A DNA stretch of 64,000 nucleotides from Amphiscolops sp. MND2022 (taxonomy: Eukaryota): the NCBI GenBank assembly GCA_964187785.1, contig OZ076412.1, forward strand, positions 25,606,001-25,670,000, written 5' to 3'. The notes beneath the pieces were generated by a model, which was not told the DNA's origin, searched no databases, and was given only the letters and a program-made list of their open reading frames with translations. Position numbers and translations under genes: made by a program. How positions within the stretch are numbered: the first letter of the stretch is position 1; each line of letters starts with the position of its first letter. Below, piece by piece: positions 47,569 through 60,040 of the stretch.

Positions 47569-48570
47569 GTGTTATGGGAAAGTGCGGGTGCTTTTTTTTC
47601 CGCGCGACAACTCTCTGATTTCACGCGGCAACTCGCACGTTTCACGCGTTCGTGGTCTAGTGGTAAGATGCTTGCTTTTCAACCCAGAGGTTTCGTGTTC
47701 GAACCCGTGGGTTTGCGCTAATTTTTTTACAAGTATTCCGAAGCAGAAGGTTCTGACTTCTTTCGGCACTATGAGACTTTTCGGCTTTGTGAGACTTTTC
47801 GGCTTTGTGAGACTTTTTTTCGAAATTTTTTAAATGTCCCCAAAGAGTCCTCCTTTCAATTTTTTTGATATTTTGCAAGAGAACGAATGTTAAAAAGTCC
47901 CAAAGGGTCCCTTTTTTCTGAATTTTCGGCACTATGAGACTGTTCAAAATTCTAATTTTTTTTCAAAACTTTTTTAGACCCCTTATTTTCAAAAATTTTT
48001 TAATCTAGCCAAAGCGTCCTCCTTTCAATTTTTTGATATCTTGCAACAGAACGAATGTTATAAAATCCTAAAGGGTCCCTTTTTCACATTTTTCGACACT
48101 ATGCGACTTAGCGGAAACTTCAAAAAAATTCGGAAAATTTTTTCTCAATTTTTAGTTTTGAAAGACCGTTTTTTTAAAGACCGATCTTTTTTCTATGCGA
48201 CTTTTTTAAAATTTGTTTTCACCGAAACCCCTGCTCAATTTTTACAAGAAACGAAACGTTTTGCGAGAGGACTCCTCAAGGCTTTGCGACTTACCGGAGA
48301 CCATCAAAAATGTTTTCGAAAAATTTTGAAATTTTTTTTCTATTTTCTGTTTAAGGTTTTCCGTTGAGAAAGAATGGGGTTTTTTGCTGTTTTCAGTTGG
48401 GGAAGAATGGTTTTCGAGGCTTACGCGTATCCCTTCGGGTGTTTTTTGGCGCTGTAAAATTGATGAAATTTTAATCTCCTTTTACCCTTGGTTTTCTGTA
48501 TGAAATTGCTTATTTGGTTTCCTTCAAAAGTTCGCAAGTGTTTGCGAAGCACGGCTTCGCCTCTGTGTTA
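47569..48570 (+). mobile_element. tRNA-Glu-like-headed composite repeat ending in a GCGAAGC hairpin
   Basis: A/B-box segment at 47649-47710; end GCGAAGCACGGCTTCGCCTCTGTGTTA; paralog at 54558-56204. Confidence 0.65.
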
Positions 48571-51500
48571 ACTACGGAATTACGAAACTGTGGAAACTTT
48601 AACTTGAAATCGAACATTTTAGTTGTGAAAAAATTTTGAAACTTACCTAAGAAGTCACTGAAAAAAGTTTTAGTTTAGTTTTTAGAATTGAAGTTAAGCG
48701 AATCGCAGATTTCCTCTCGAGACTCGCAGATTTCCTCCATTTTTGTAGTTTTCTCCTTTTTGAGATACGTTGAAATTATTCATAAGTAGCGTAATCTGTA
48801 GTCTTAGCGAATCGATTGTTCAATGACGTGTGATTGACCGGCTTCCTAATCTACAATAATTCGGCTAATCGTAGAAGCTACTTGGGAATTGGGTTTCGTA
48901 TAGAAAAATGGTTTGGTATAACAAGGTTGCTCAGATATGAATGGTATTCTACGTTTCCTGCTTTTTCGAAGCATCATGAACAGAAATGATAAAATGGGTG
49001 AAAACTGAGAAGAATCTAGTTTGTCTTGGTTACAGACTGCCTGAAGAAAAAGAAAGATGCAATCAATTTACTACCTTCTAATAAAATATATTTCCAAAAA
49101 TAGGGTGTTCATTCGACTAATTTCTGCATCGCTAACCATTTGTAGAATTGTATATATTTTTTCTAATAATTCTCAGCACTCGAACACCAAAGACTACCTC
49201 CTTTTTACTGGTTTTAGCCTTGACGGCTAGCTTGGAAGGCATTTACGGCATACCTGTTTTGTTTAGTTCATAAAATTGCCCCAGAGGTGAAGAGAGCGAA
49301 AAAGTAGCGTTATGGTTAAATTACGTATTGCATGAACAAACGCGAAGGAATGTAATCGGTGGTCGTCTGTTTGTTTGTTCGAAATGTCGCTTATATGATT
49401 TTGCATCTTGTACCCGTCAGAGTGAAAAACTTGTCCAGTTCGCATGGTTTAGTGTTTAACTCAATTTATGGAGCTCTCCTCAGATTCAGAATGTTGGTAA
49501 ATAACTTGGGCTGGTTTCTCATCTAAATTTCTCAAGGTTTACTGACTTTGACGAAATGACTCGTGGCTGTATCGCTATAACCGATATTCGTTTTAACCGT
49601 GATAAATTTTGATTTTAGAAACGCCTGTTGACAATCGCTATAGTGTTATTAAATTTGCTTTCTTCAAACTGTTCTCAATGAACTGTAGCTAAAAATTTCC
49701 GGTATTCCTGAAATCTTTTCCCGATGGCAAATTGATATACCTGACTCCTTATTTGGGAAATTCCCACTTGGACGTTGTTGTAGGTAATGATTCATAATAG
49801 CTACATGTAAGCATACCAAACATTGTAAACATGTCATGAAATTCACAAATGCTGCAGCAATTGAGCCAACAAGTTGACTGGCTGGTATTTCCTGGTATTT
49901 TGTGAATATCGGGAGCGTAAACACTTAACGTGCGAATAGATCCAACTTAGGTGCCTAGCTTGACAAAGAGAGTGACTGTTATTGTCATACACACTGCTGT
50001 TCGTTGGCCCGGTTGGCATATAGACCGAATATTAAGTAGTCTACCCCGTTCAAAATTTGAGGAATTGAGCGGAGCGAATTTCTTCCCCCACTTTGGAACT
50101 GCATTTATTTAGAGTAACTGGGAGCGGAGGACGGAGGAAGGAAATATATTGATTAGTGTCCTTGTTCGTACTAATATGTTTGCAAATACGTGTTAACTTG
50201 CAGTAATTCAAATCACATGAAGTTCGTCATTAACACGATACAAGATTTTGTAGGTTGTTCAACAATGCAAGTGAATGTAAACTAGGCTAACTTGTTTCTT
50301 AATGCATTGTCTGAGATCGTCCCATGCACTAAGGGCTTACCGCTCTCGGATTTTGAGGAAGTTGATGAAAACGGGGTTTGAACGTTTGAAACATGGGGTC
50401 CCTTTCGAAGTTGTTGATGTCGAGTTGTTTGCGTGAGTTCAAATTTCATTCCGCTTCTAGACTAGACTAAAACTAGTAAAGTTGAACTTTTCACAGATTT
50501 GTAATAATAAATTAATTTATCTGTTCAATTATATATACAGAACAATTTCCATGAAAAAAAGACGGAAGCTTTAATACACGCAAAAGAAACTGAGTCGTGT
50601 CTAATATGTTTTTAATAGGTTTTTTCCTGAATGATCTTAGTTTCTTGCATTACAGAGTAGTGAGAGAAAAATGTAAGCGGAGTTCTAAGAAAACTTAGGA
50701 GTGAATCGATAAGTGAATGAAGATAGAAAAATGCATGAATATAGCTTCTTGTAAACGACGAAATATTCAATATATCCGAACTTTTTGACAATGAGAAAAG
50801 TAGTGCCGAAGTCTTGTTGAAACACTGTGATGAATGGTTTTCATGCCGTGAATTACCCTTATGTGGGAGTAGTCACCGTTAGCAGGGGAAATGAAAAATT
50901 GACTGAAACGATTTCGAAGAATTTGAAAAAATCGGAACTCGCGACCACTGATAACGTCTATCATTTTACAGCTTCCGCACACCTGATGCCCGACTTTACT
51001 GACCCAAGAGCCCACAATGATCGCGGGACCATATATAAGAGTTCGTTTGAACACTAACGCAGGATTTTTGCATCAGGGGCGGAAGGGAGATGGGGAGATT
51101 CCAATATTCTCTTTTTGTCCATCATTCCCACTGAAAATGAAAAAATCTTCGTTTGAATGTTGATGACTTGTCAAACTATTCAAGTTTGGACAGGTGTTGT
51201 AGTTTTCAGTACATGCTGGTGGTTTTTCATCGTTTTTTGATTTTCAAAATCTTGGGAGAACACAAATTGAATCAATATTTGGCAAGATGATGAAATTGTA
51301 AACAGATTTTTGAAGTTTTAGTAGCTAAATTAGTGGTACAATTCATACACACATCCTCTTAATCTAGCATTACCAGAATATATAATTCGTTAACAATATA
51401 TTCAACGCTACTTTGAGGTCAGTTTCACATGCCTATCCTTTCGTTTACATATTAATATGTATCATGAATGAGAGAATACCAGGTATGAAATGTAATTGCG

Positions 51501-53557
51501 GCTACAAATTACTTGCTGCTAAGAATTGCTGCTGTTTTTTACAATATTTTCCGCGCATTTTCCATTAGTCAAAGAACATTGATTTCCTAGTGGCGTTTTT
51601 CAAAACAGTTGCCATGTTCTAATTTTTGCCCAAAAGGTAAAGATTCTTCCATAGTGCTTCTTTATCAAGTTTTTAAGTTAAGCATTAAGTGCTTTTGAGT
51701 TGCGACCAGTTCCCAATTTTGCAATTCTCGAATGTTTTCGTAGTTGATTTTAGTTTCGTAGTGTATTGGTTTTGCTCTAGCCCTAAATTAAATATATGTT
51801 GTTGTTAAAATAGTTCAGGGCGGAAAATATCGCCTGCTCAACGGGCGTTTAGGCTCCCATCATAAAGGAAGTTCTCATTATGTACACAAATACAAGATGT
51901 GCATATTCATATGTGTATATTTGTCGGTTACACGAATCTTTTAGATGTTCAGAAAGCTTTAGTCGCTTGCGCCAAATATATACCTACATCGCTAATGTTG
52001 AATTAAATATATTGAAAAAGAATTTCATGTAAATGTGCAAGTCTGATTCTTTTCCTGTTTGGCTACTTGCTACTTCACTGACAGGGCGTTAAAATGAAGC
52101 AATGTGTGTATGTTTTAGAGTCCGAGGAAACCGCGAAAAATTCGAAAAAAGTGAGGATTCTTTGCTTCACGCAAACAAAATGTAATTATTGAGTGATAAT
52201 TTCAGTCAACGCTTATTTGATCGTATGTTGAAAAGTTCTTGCACGTCACCACTCAAGATGAAGGTCGACAGAAAAGTGTTTCACAGAATTTATTGATCAC
52301 TTTATTCTGCCTCTCAGATGCGCTACCAAAAATACGATTATGAATTGACTAATGCATTAATCCGCGTCCCAAATGAGTTCATTCTGTTGAAAATTGTTGC
52401 ATAATGTACCGTCACATTGTCCTTGGAGTTTTCTCGAGGGATCTTTCTGATATTTGAAGATGAAATCTGTATTTAAAGGAAACAGTTCAGCTAGAAATGA
52501 AACGTCATTAAACTCGCTTTTCTCGGTGTTTTTTCATTTTGGTTCTGTGAATGATGTTACACAATATATTTTCTCAACTTTCTACTAGACCTAAAAAAGA
52601 CTCCCTTCTATGTAAGAGAAAAACAAAGCTTGGTTTCTAGTATTAAAAAGGCAGTGTGCTTAAAAATAAGTGAAATGACAAGTTATTCGGAAGTTCTCTA
52701 TGATATTTCTAATTAAATCGGTATTCCTTCCAACATTTGAGGCTGTGCTACGGCCTGTCTGCATCTGAGGCCTATTTTCTCTAAAACCATTCTATCAATT
52801 TCTTTTTCATAGTGTGGTAACACTTTCGAAAGGATTTTAGTTTCTCAAAGCGCTATTCGGTTTACTCGATTTTATCCGGTATAAATCATTTCTGTACACT
52901 TTTTTCTCAAGGATGAATAGGAGGGGGCATTCAGCGACGTCCACAAACTTTTTCGTAAATTTTTGGTGCAATATTTCTTGGCTTGAAAAGAATTGGAATT
53001 GATTCGTACATAACCCATAACCTGGAGCGTCATTTTTCTGAAGTTCTTTGGTTCTTTGAGTCTTTGGATTATCTCAAAACAACTCGAGATCGACCCAAGT
53101 CGGCGCCCGGTTAATCACTTTTAAACATTATTTGCTATTAAAGGTTTTTTAAACTGATATATCTTGGGGTCGCTTCTTTTTCTTATTCATATAAATAATT
53201 TTTCAAAGTTTTACGATGTTCAAAATCTGGCAATGTTAGCTGATTATACTACATTTTTTAAAAAAATTGCATTGTATGCTGTACATGAAGTGTGTACAAA
53301 AAGTATTTTCTTATAGGCGATTTTGACTTGAATTATAGCGCTCACTTGTTAAAATTTATCATGATATTTATGAATTTATCGCCTAAATCATCAATTAGAA
53401 TTCAACAGAAAATGTTTCCAAAGAGAAAACACCGTTTACTGGAAATTTCAACGAATAAAAGCAAGTTTAAGCTTGAGAAAAATTTCGACAGACGTGGTCG
53501 CTTTCAAACTTGTGCAAAAGTTAATGAAATATTTAACAAATAGAAGCACGTAGTGTA

Positions 53558-54142
53558 TTTTTAGTCGGCGCTTCATGAAGTGAAACTCGACTATTATAGT
53601 GACTTTTTTTCAATCCACACGAACTGACCAAAATAGTTCTACAAAGTTCTACGAAATTTTATGATGTCAAATTCAACCGTCTGGCTTAGCGAACGGAACC
53701 AACAAGGTTTTTCTTTTTTTTTCGCGTAACATACAATACCGGACGAGGCCAAAGGGCCCAATTTCAGTTTTTTTCGGCAGTGAGACTTTTTCTGAAATTT
53801 TTTTTTCGCCAAAGGGTCCCCCTTCAATTTTTTTGATGCTTTGCGACAGAATGGATGTTGAAAAATCTCAAATGGTCCCCCTTTCAGTTTTTTCGGCATT
53901 GAGAGATTTTTTTCGGAAAAAAATTATAATGACTTCAAAGGGTCCCCCTTTCATTTTTTGATGTTTTGCGACAAAAATGTTGGAAAATCCAAAAAGGTCC
54001 CCCTTTTAGCCGGCCAGGCGTCCGCGCTAGGGTCCAACTTTTGGGTTTTTTGGGTACTGTAAAAATTACTTCTCACATTTAAGTACTTTTGCTATTTTTG
54101 AGCCTTAGATATAGCACCGACTTATGCCGTTCCCGGCTTGTT
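53558..54142 (+). mobile_element. HINE-like repeat
   Basis: Same termini as the other copies. Confidence 0.7.
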
Positions 54143-54557
54143 TCAAAAAATAAACAAAATTTATTCCTTTTGGCGATACTTTCGGTCAGAGTTGGCATGT
54201 TTTATAACAGTTATACTTTTTGATTTTCGTAAACCTCCTTCCACACCGTCTTCAGCTGGTCTGGAGAGGGTTTTTCATCCGTGGGTCATGTACATTCTGA
54301 AATTCGGAAACCTGAGAAAGTCCGTCAACTGACCTTTTGTATGTGCTTGCTAAATTCAGCGTCATTTTCTGTGTAGTTTTTGTGATGATGAAGTGGAATG
54401 AGCTTTCAGCTCTCAAGCTGTGTTATGAAACCTTTTAAACGTATAAAAATACTTTTGAACGTTTTTTAACCAATCCTGCTTTCGGTGCAAACAACCGTTG
54501 CCATTTCAGGTAGGACCTAATGTCCTTATTGCAAATAATTACTCTTGCGATTAGCAA

Positions 54558-56204
54558 GTGTTATGGGAAAGTGCGGGTGCTTTTTTCCGCGCGACAACTC
54601 TCTCGTTTCAGCCCGCAGGTCGCATAGTTCAGGCCTTCGTGGTCTAGTGGTAAGATGCTTGCCTTTCAACCCAGAGGGTTCGTGTTCGAACCCGTACGTA
54701 TGTGCCAATTTTTTTAGTCGGCGCTTCATGAAGTGAAATGCGACTATTATAGTGACTCTTTTTTTTTCTATCCACACGAACTGACCAAAATAGTTCTTGA
54801 AAGTTCTACAAAATATTATGGTGTCAAATAGCACCATTTGGCCTAGCGAACTGGACCAAAATGGTTTTACCTGTTTTTCCGCGTAACATACCATACCGGG
54901 CGAGACCAAAGAGTCCCCCCTTTCAATTTTTTTCGGCACTGCGAGACAATTTTTTTCGGATTTTTTTTTCGGAATTTTTTTCCCTCAAAGGGTCCCCCTG
55001 CATTTTTTTGATGTTTTGCGACAGAATGGATGTTGGAAAATCCCAAAGGGTTCCTCCTTTCAGTTTTTTTGGCATTGTGAGATTTTTTCCCAAAAATAAA
55101 AAAAATTTTTTCTTCAATTTTTTCATGTTTTGCGACAGAATGGATGTTGAAAAACCTCAAAGGGTCCCCCCTTTCAGTTTTTCGGCATTGTGAGACGTTA
55201 GCGCGCCAGGGGCTCGCGCTAGCGAGCCCCGGCGCGCCACTCGGTCCATTTTTTTAGTATGTAATTTTTTCAAAAAAAAAATTTTCGAAAAATTTTCGAT
55301 TTTCGACTACTGTAAAAGAATACTTGACACTTGGAAGTCTTTTTGCTATTTTTGAGCCTTGGATATGGCGCCGACTTGGGCCGGTCCCGGCTTGTTTTTA
55401 CAAATATTCGGCTTTGTGAGACTTTTTTTCGAAAGTTTTTTAATGTCCCCAAAAGATCCTCCCTTCAATTTTTTTGATATTTTGCAACAGAACGAATGTT
55501 AAAAAAGCCTAAAGGGTCACTTCTTTAGGATTTTTCGGCACCATGAGACTGTTAAAAATCCTCAATTTTTGGTTTTTTTTCGAAAAGTTTTCAAAGTCTC
55601 AAGGGTTCCCATTCGATTTTTTTTTGAAATTTTGCAACAGAATGGATGTTTAAAAAATCTCAAAGGCCCCCCTTTACAGTTTTCGGCATTGTGAGATTTT
55701 TCAAAATTAATAATTTTTGTCTTAAAATTAGGTTTTCTCAGGCCCAGCACGCTATGTCCGATTTTTGTTTTTTTTTCAAAGACTGGCGTTTTTTATGCGA
55801 CTTTTCTAATTTGTTTTCATCGAAGCTCCCCTCAATTTTTACTAGAAACGAAACGTTCTGCGAGCATAAAGAACTGCTCAAGGTTTTCGGCACTGTGCGA
55901 TTTACCGGAGACCTTCATTAAAAAAATTTCGTAAAATGTCGAAATTTTTTTCTTTAATTTTCTGTTTTTTTTTAATGTTTTCGGTTGAGAAAGATGGGTT
56001 TTTTGCTGTTTCCAGTTGGAGAAGAATGGTTTTCGAGATCTATGCGTATCCCTTCGAGTATTTTTTGGCGCTGTAAAATTGATGAAATTTTAACAATTTC
56101 CTTTTACGCTTGGTTCTTCGTATGATATTTTTTATTTGGTTTTCTTCAAAAGTTCGCAACTTTCTTCGCAAGTGCTTGCGAAGCACGGCTTCGCCTCTGT
56201 GTTA
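54558..56204 (+). mobile_element. tRNA-Glu-like-headed composite repeat with a HINE (54716-55396) inserted in its T-run
   Basis: tRNA-like segment at 54636-54698; comparison with 47720 shows the empty T-run. Confidence 0.7.
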
Positions 56205-56227
56205 ATATAGCAATTGATTATCTTCAG

Positions 56228-56413
56228 ATTCAACCCAAGCAAAGACAGCGATGCCTCCCGGATGTTGCTGTCCACTGGTGCTGACATCATCATCTGGGGC
56301 TTCGAGTACTCGTCGTCTTCGGGGGAGGCAACTGAGTCTACTAGCAGCCAACTGTCCGTGATCCGAGACCTCAACTTCAGCAGCTCCTACCTCATAGACT
56401 GCCCCGTGATCAG
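56228..56413 (+). CDS. DCAF7: DCAF7-like gene, exon 2
   Basis: Acceptor TTCAG|; FNPSKDSDASRMLLSTGADIIIW matches WIPD..PDLLATSGDYLRVW. Probable donor CAG|GAATGT. Confidence 0.75.
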
Positions 56414-56659
56414 GAATGTTGAACAAAACCAACCAACTAGCTGGCCACTTTTATCAATCATCAATTTTACTAATTCTACCAATGTACACTCGTTATTTTT
56501 TGGCTGTGGACTAATTATTGCATAAATTCTGGGAGAACTTGATAGAAAACTTGTTTTTTTGCACATGACGAAGTCAATGTGCATTGCAGTCCAGCTAAGA
56601 AAGTTTTTTTTCCACAGTAGCCAACTTCATAATAAGCTCCTTTTAGAGAAAAGCCAAAA

Positions 56660-56851
56660 CCCCAGAGAGATTCGAACCTGCAGCCTCCCGATTGCGCGGC
56701 ATAAGTGTTAACCACTGTGCCATAAGGACGTTATTGAATAAAGTTGAACTGTTGAATATATACGCATGCTATTAAAATAATATATATACGCATATTAAAA
56801 TAATCGTTGTCTTCGTCATGTGTTGCGAAGCACCGCTTCGCCTCTGTGTCA
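56660..56851. repeat. tRNA-derived segment (minus) plus GCGAAGC-hairpin end
   Basis: Minus strand TGGCACAGTGG..GGTTCGAATC; GCGAAGCACCGCTTCGCCTCTGTGTC at 56825-56850. Confidence 0.55.
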
Positions 56852-57434
56852 CAACTTTCTGTGAACATTTAAAAAAACATGGGATCAGTTAAAGTCCAAT
56901 TGGTTATTGACAGATTAATTTATTTATTATGTTTTTGTATATATCCATTTAAGGTTCGGAAAATGTATTGTTTATGATTCACGTATTCAAAACTGTCCAC
57001 ATTCAAAAAATCACGAGTGTATTATGAAAGATCGAAGTTATATGTTCTGTTACTAGCTGACTGCGTAATTTCAAATCATTCTGTCATCTCTAGTTGTTGC
57101 CAATCGGTTTTCCACTTTGGAATATGAATTGAAGTTCAAAATTCTGTTGGCTAAGACACGAGTAGGCTATTTTGCCCTTTTTTGAAAGTATTTTTTGACA
57201 CTGGTCCTTAATAATAGACGCCATGATGAATATCCCGATTTTTTTCAGACTTGATGCAAATCAAACCTCAATTCAGTGTGAATTTTATGGTAAAATTTGA
57301 CAATTTTATTCTTGATTCTCACACCTTCAAAATAATTGAAATTAGTGCTGCGGCACTTTAGATGTAGAATGTATTTATTTGAAACTAATCTCCACAAAGT
57401 TATGGATTATTTCAACAATCCTGTCATTGATCAG

Positions 57435-57541
57435 TGCGAGTTGGAACGAACAGGACCTCAACGTCATAGCCACAGGACTGGTAGATGGCTGTGTGTTCGT
57501 CTGGGACATCGAAACGGGCGCATTCTCAGAGAAAATGCCAA
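57435..57541 (+). CDS. DCAF7: DCAF7-like gene, exon 3
   Basis: SASWNEQDLNVIATGLVDGCVFVWDIETG matches [29 protein letters not shown]. Donor A|GTACGT. Confidence 0.85.
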
Positions 57542-58177
57542 GTACGTCATTCACAATGAATCAAACAATTTGAGGCTGCCATTTAATCTAAGTACCTACC
57601 GTGAAAACTTGGGGATTATAAAAACTTTTCATGATGGAAAAACTTCAGAAACCAGAAACTCGAAATAGAAGTATTCTGCGTAGGCTAGGAGGTAAAAATA
57701 GGTTGGCGCTCCACTTCAGCTCAAAAAGCACAAAGTTTGCTGAAAGGTTGTTTTCATGAAAATTTTGAAAAATCTCTTATTGCCAAAAACCTCAAGGGGC
57801 AGACTTTGAGCTTAAAAGGACTTTTTCCTAACCACAAAAAAAAATCAAAAGGGGACCCTTTGGTTGAGAAGAAAAAATGAAAAAAGTCGCCCATTGCCTG
57901 AAAAAAAGGACCATTCGTTGTTTCATAGATTGTTAAAATATGGGAAATTCAAAAGAACTGCTAAACCTTGGTTAGTACTCTTTATATCTCCGGATAAAAG
58001 ATTGTAAAAGTGGGCTTTTCAGAGCGGAAATTGTCATCCTACAAAAAGAACAAAAAGCGCCCTACTAAAAACTCAGCTATTGCTATTTAATAGATCGGAG
58101 TTTCTATAATTTATCCGGTTTTTATTTGTCTATTCGATTTCATGTTCAGTTTAATGAAAGATGGTTGTCTTTTCCAG

Positions 58178-58407
58178 CTGTTCGCAGTACCAAATGCAAA
58201 GTGCGGGCCAAAGTAGCTCTTTACAAGAACGAGGTGTTTGACTTGACCTTTCGACCCAACTGTAAGAATGACCTGTATTGTGGAGGTCGCGAGGGAGTCA
58301 TCAAGCACATAGACATTCGCAGCGCGGGCGAGTTCAATCACTGCTACAAACAACCCGACAAAACTGCCATCGTGCGCATCGCGTTCAATGACTTGAACAA
58401 CAACCAG
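58178..58407 (+). CDS. DCAF7: DCAF7-like gene, exon 4
   Basis: KNEVFDLTF..EGVIKHIDIR..IVRIAFN matches DKEVYDIAF..DGSVRMFDLR..LLRLCWN. Acceptor TTCCAG|, donor CAG|GCATGT. Confidence 0.85.
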
Positions 58408-59200
58408 GCATGTTTAAACAATGGATCGAAAAATGAAACGGAACTTTAAATAATTTAAACAGTAATTGAGAGCAGTGAATTTAAATTAAACCGTATGGAG
58501 TTGTATGGAAGTAACATTTCATCCAAAATGGTTCCAGGTATTTCATTTGTTAGCGTGATGTCAAACTTCTTTCTCATGGGAATGGAAGTTTAACAGTTTT
58601 CGAAAGGGGTTCCAAATGAGCGACCTGATGGTGTCAATAATATTAACCAGCCCTGATAGCAGCAATGAAATATCGAAAAAGAACCTTGATAAAAAATATA
58701 TCTAATCAATAAGAATTTCAGAAATAATCATGACCATTTGCAGCCGTAGTTCAGGGATCTGTATTTTTCAACATTTTCTGCATTGTTGGCAGTGAAGCCC
58801 GTTTTTATAATTTTCTGATGATATCATTGCAATGTCGGATAGGTTTCATCGAAACAGAATCTATTCGAAACAGCTTTACGAAACTATTTTGTGAAATTAA
58901 CGAGAATTTTATGAAAAAATTTTGGAATACATGAAAAGATATTTTGGCTAATTGTGTTCAAATAATATCGAAATGTGCATCACTGGTGTTTTATTCCTGT
59001 TATCATATCACATTCGCGTAGCATAAATTATCGGGGATAATGGTTGTGTCAACTTCAGAGACAAGAAAATTTATCTTACGATTCGTTTTTCGGGATAGTA
59101 GGTTTTCCAAAGGTTCTCAGCTCAGGTTAATATCGTCAAAGCTAGCAAAATATTCGTTTCCTTCCAACAATTCACTTTTAACGTGCCTGGTGCCTTGCAG

Positions 59201-59351
59201 CTAGCATTCTCGACCAGTGAATCTCCTTTTGTGTCGCTGCTGGACCTCAGATGGTCAGCCAAGCCAGTCGCTTTCTTCCAGACCCCCTCCAGGGTTAACT
59301 CCCTCCAATGGGCACCTCGGGGTTCACTCCTTTCTGGGTACATTGCGTCAG
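59201..59351 (+). CDS. DCAF7: DCAF7-like gene, exon 5
   Basis: LLDLRWSAKPVA..VNSLQWAP matches ILDVRVPCTPVA..VNGIAWAP. Donor CAG|GTTAGC. Confidence 0.85.
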
Positions 59352-59858
59352 GTTAGCTAACATGCTATAGACATTTTGATAATAAAGAAATTAAACCGCA
59401 AGGCATTGTTAATGAAACATCGTTCAAGTCCTCTTCGTTTTGTTGTACGCTGAACTTATCCAAAGTTACACCGACTTTATTAGTCAATTATCACAAATAA
59501 CTTCCGGAAAAGCGAGTGGAAAGGCAGCAGTGCGTGTAGTTGATTTGGCTCCATTTTCAGCGACATCAAGTGCCGAAACGTGGAAGTACACGAAAATACT
59601 AGAATATACTGGGTTAAAGTGGGAAATTCTAAAAGACCCGAATCGGAGTTTAAGCACTAACCCGTCGATTATTCGAATGAAGGATCCGTTATTATTCGGT
59701 CGGAATAATTAGTTTATTGCGCATATTTCTGAATTGATAAAATCGATATCTCGAAATTTTTCTGAAAAACTCTGCGTTTTGCATCATGGAATGAAATGGA
59801 CTATTTCAATACAAAATCCTGTACGTTTCGTAGTTATAACCATTTTTGTATTAATCAG

Positions 59859-60040
59859 GATCCAATGATGGCTCAGTCTGCATTTGGGACGCAAACTCTC
59901 TCAACGAACCTGGAATCAAGGAGTACCCCGCGCTCAACTGCCGCATGGGCAAGGGCATATGGAACTTTCTGTGGTTCCCTACCGACCCTTCTTACCTCGG
60001 AGTCGCCACTGATTCGGGATTCCAAATTCTCCAAATTTGA
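59859..60040 (+). CDS. DCAF7: DCAF7-like gene, exon 6 (terminal)
   Basis: GSNDGSVCIWD..FQILQI* matches AADDHQALIWD..LEILRV*. All exon phases join into 374 aa. Confidence 0.85.

Noticed and set aside
47649-47710. tRNA-like segments (also 54636-54698, 56660-56723, 7938-8045) as functional tRNA genes
   Set aside because: A/B boxes are present but acceptor stems do not pair, and the segments are embedded in repeats.
54526-55921. Lys/Phe-rich ORFs in 47-48 kb, 53-56 kb and 61-63 kb
   Set aside because: They are translations of low-complexity repeat subunits.
59121-59200. Longer exon 5 using upstream acceptors to keep a GT donor
   Set aside because: It would add about 28 residues absent from DCAF7 and needs a weak GTTTAA donor.
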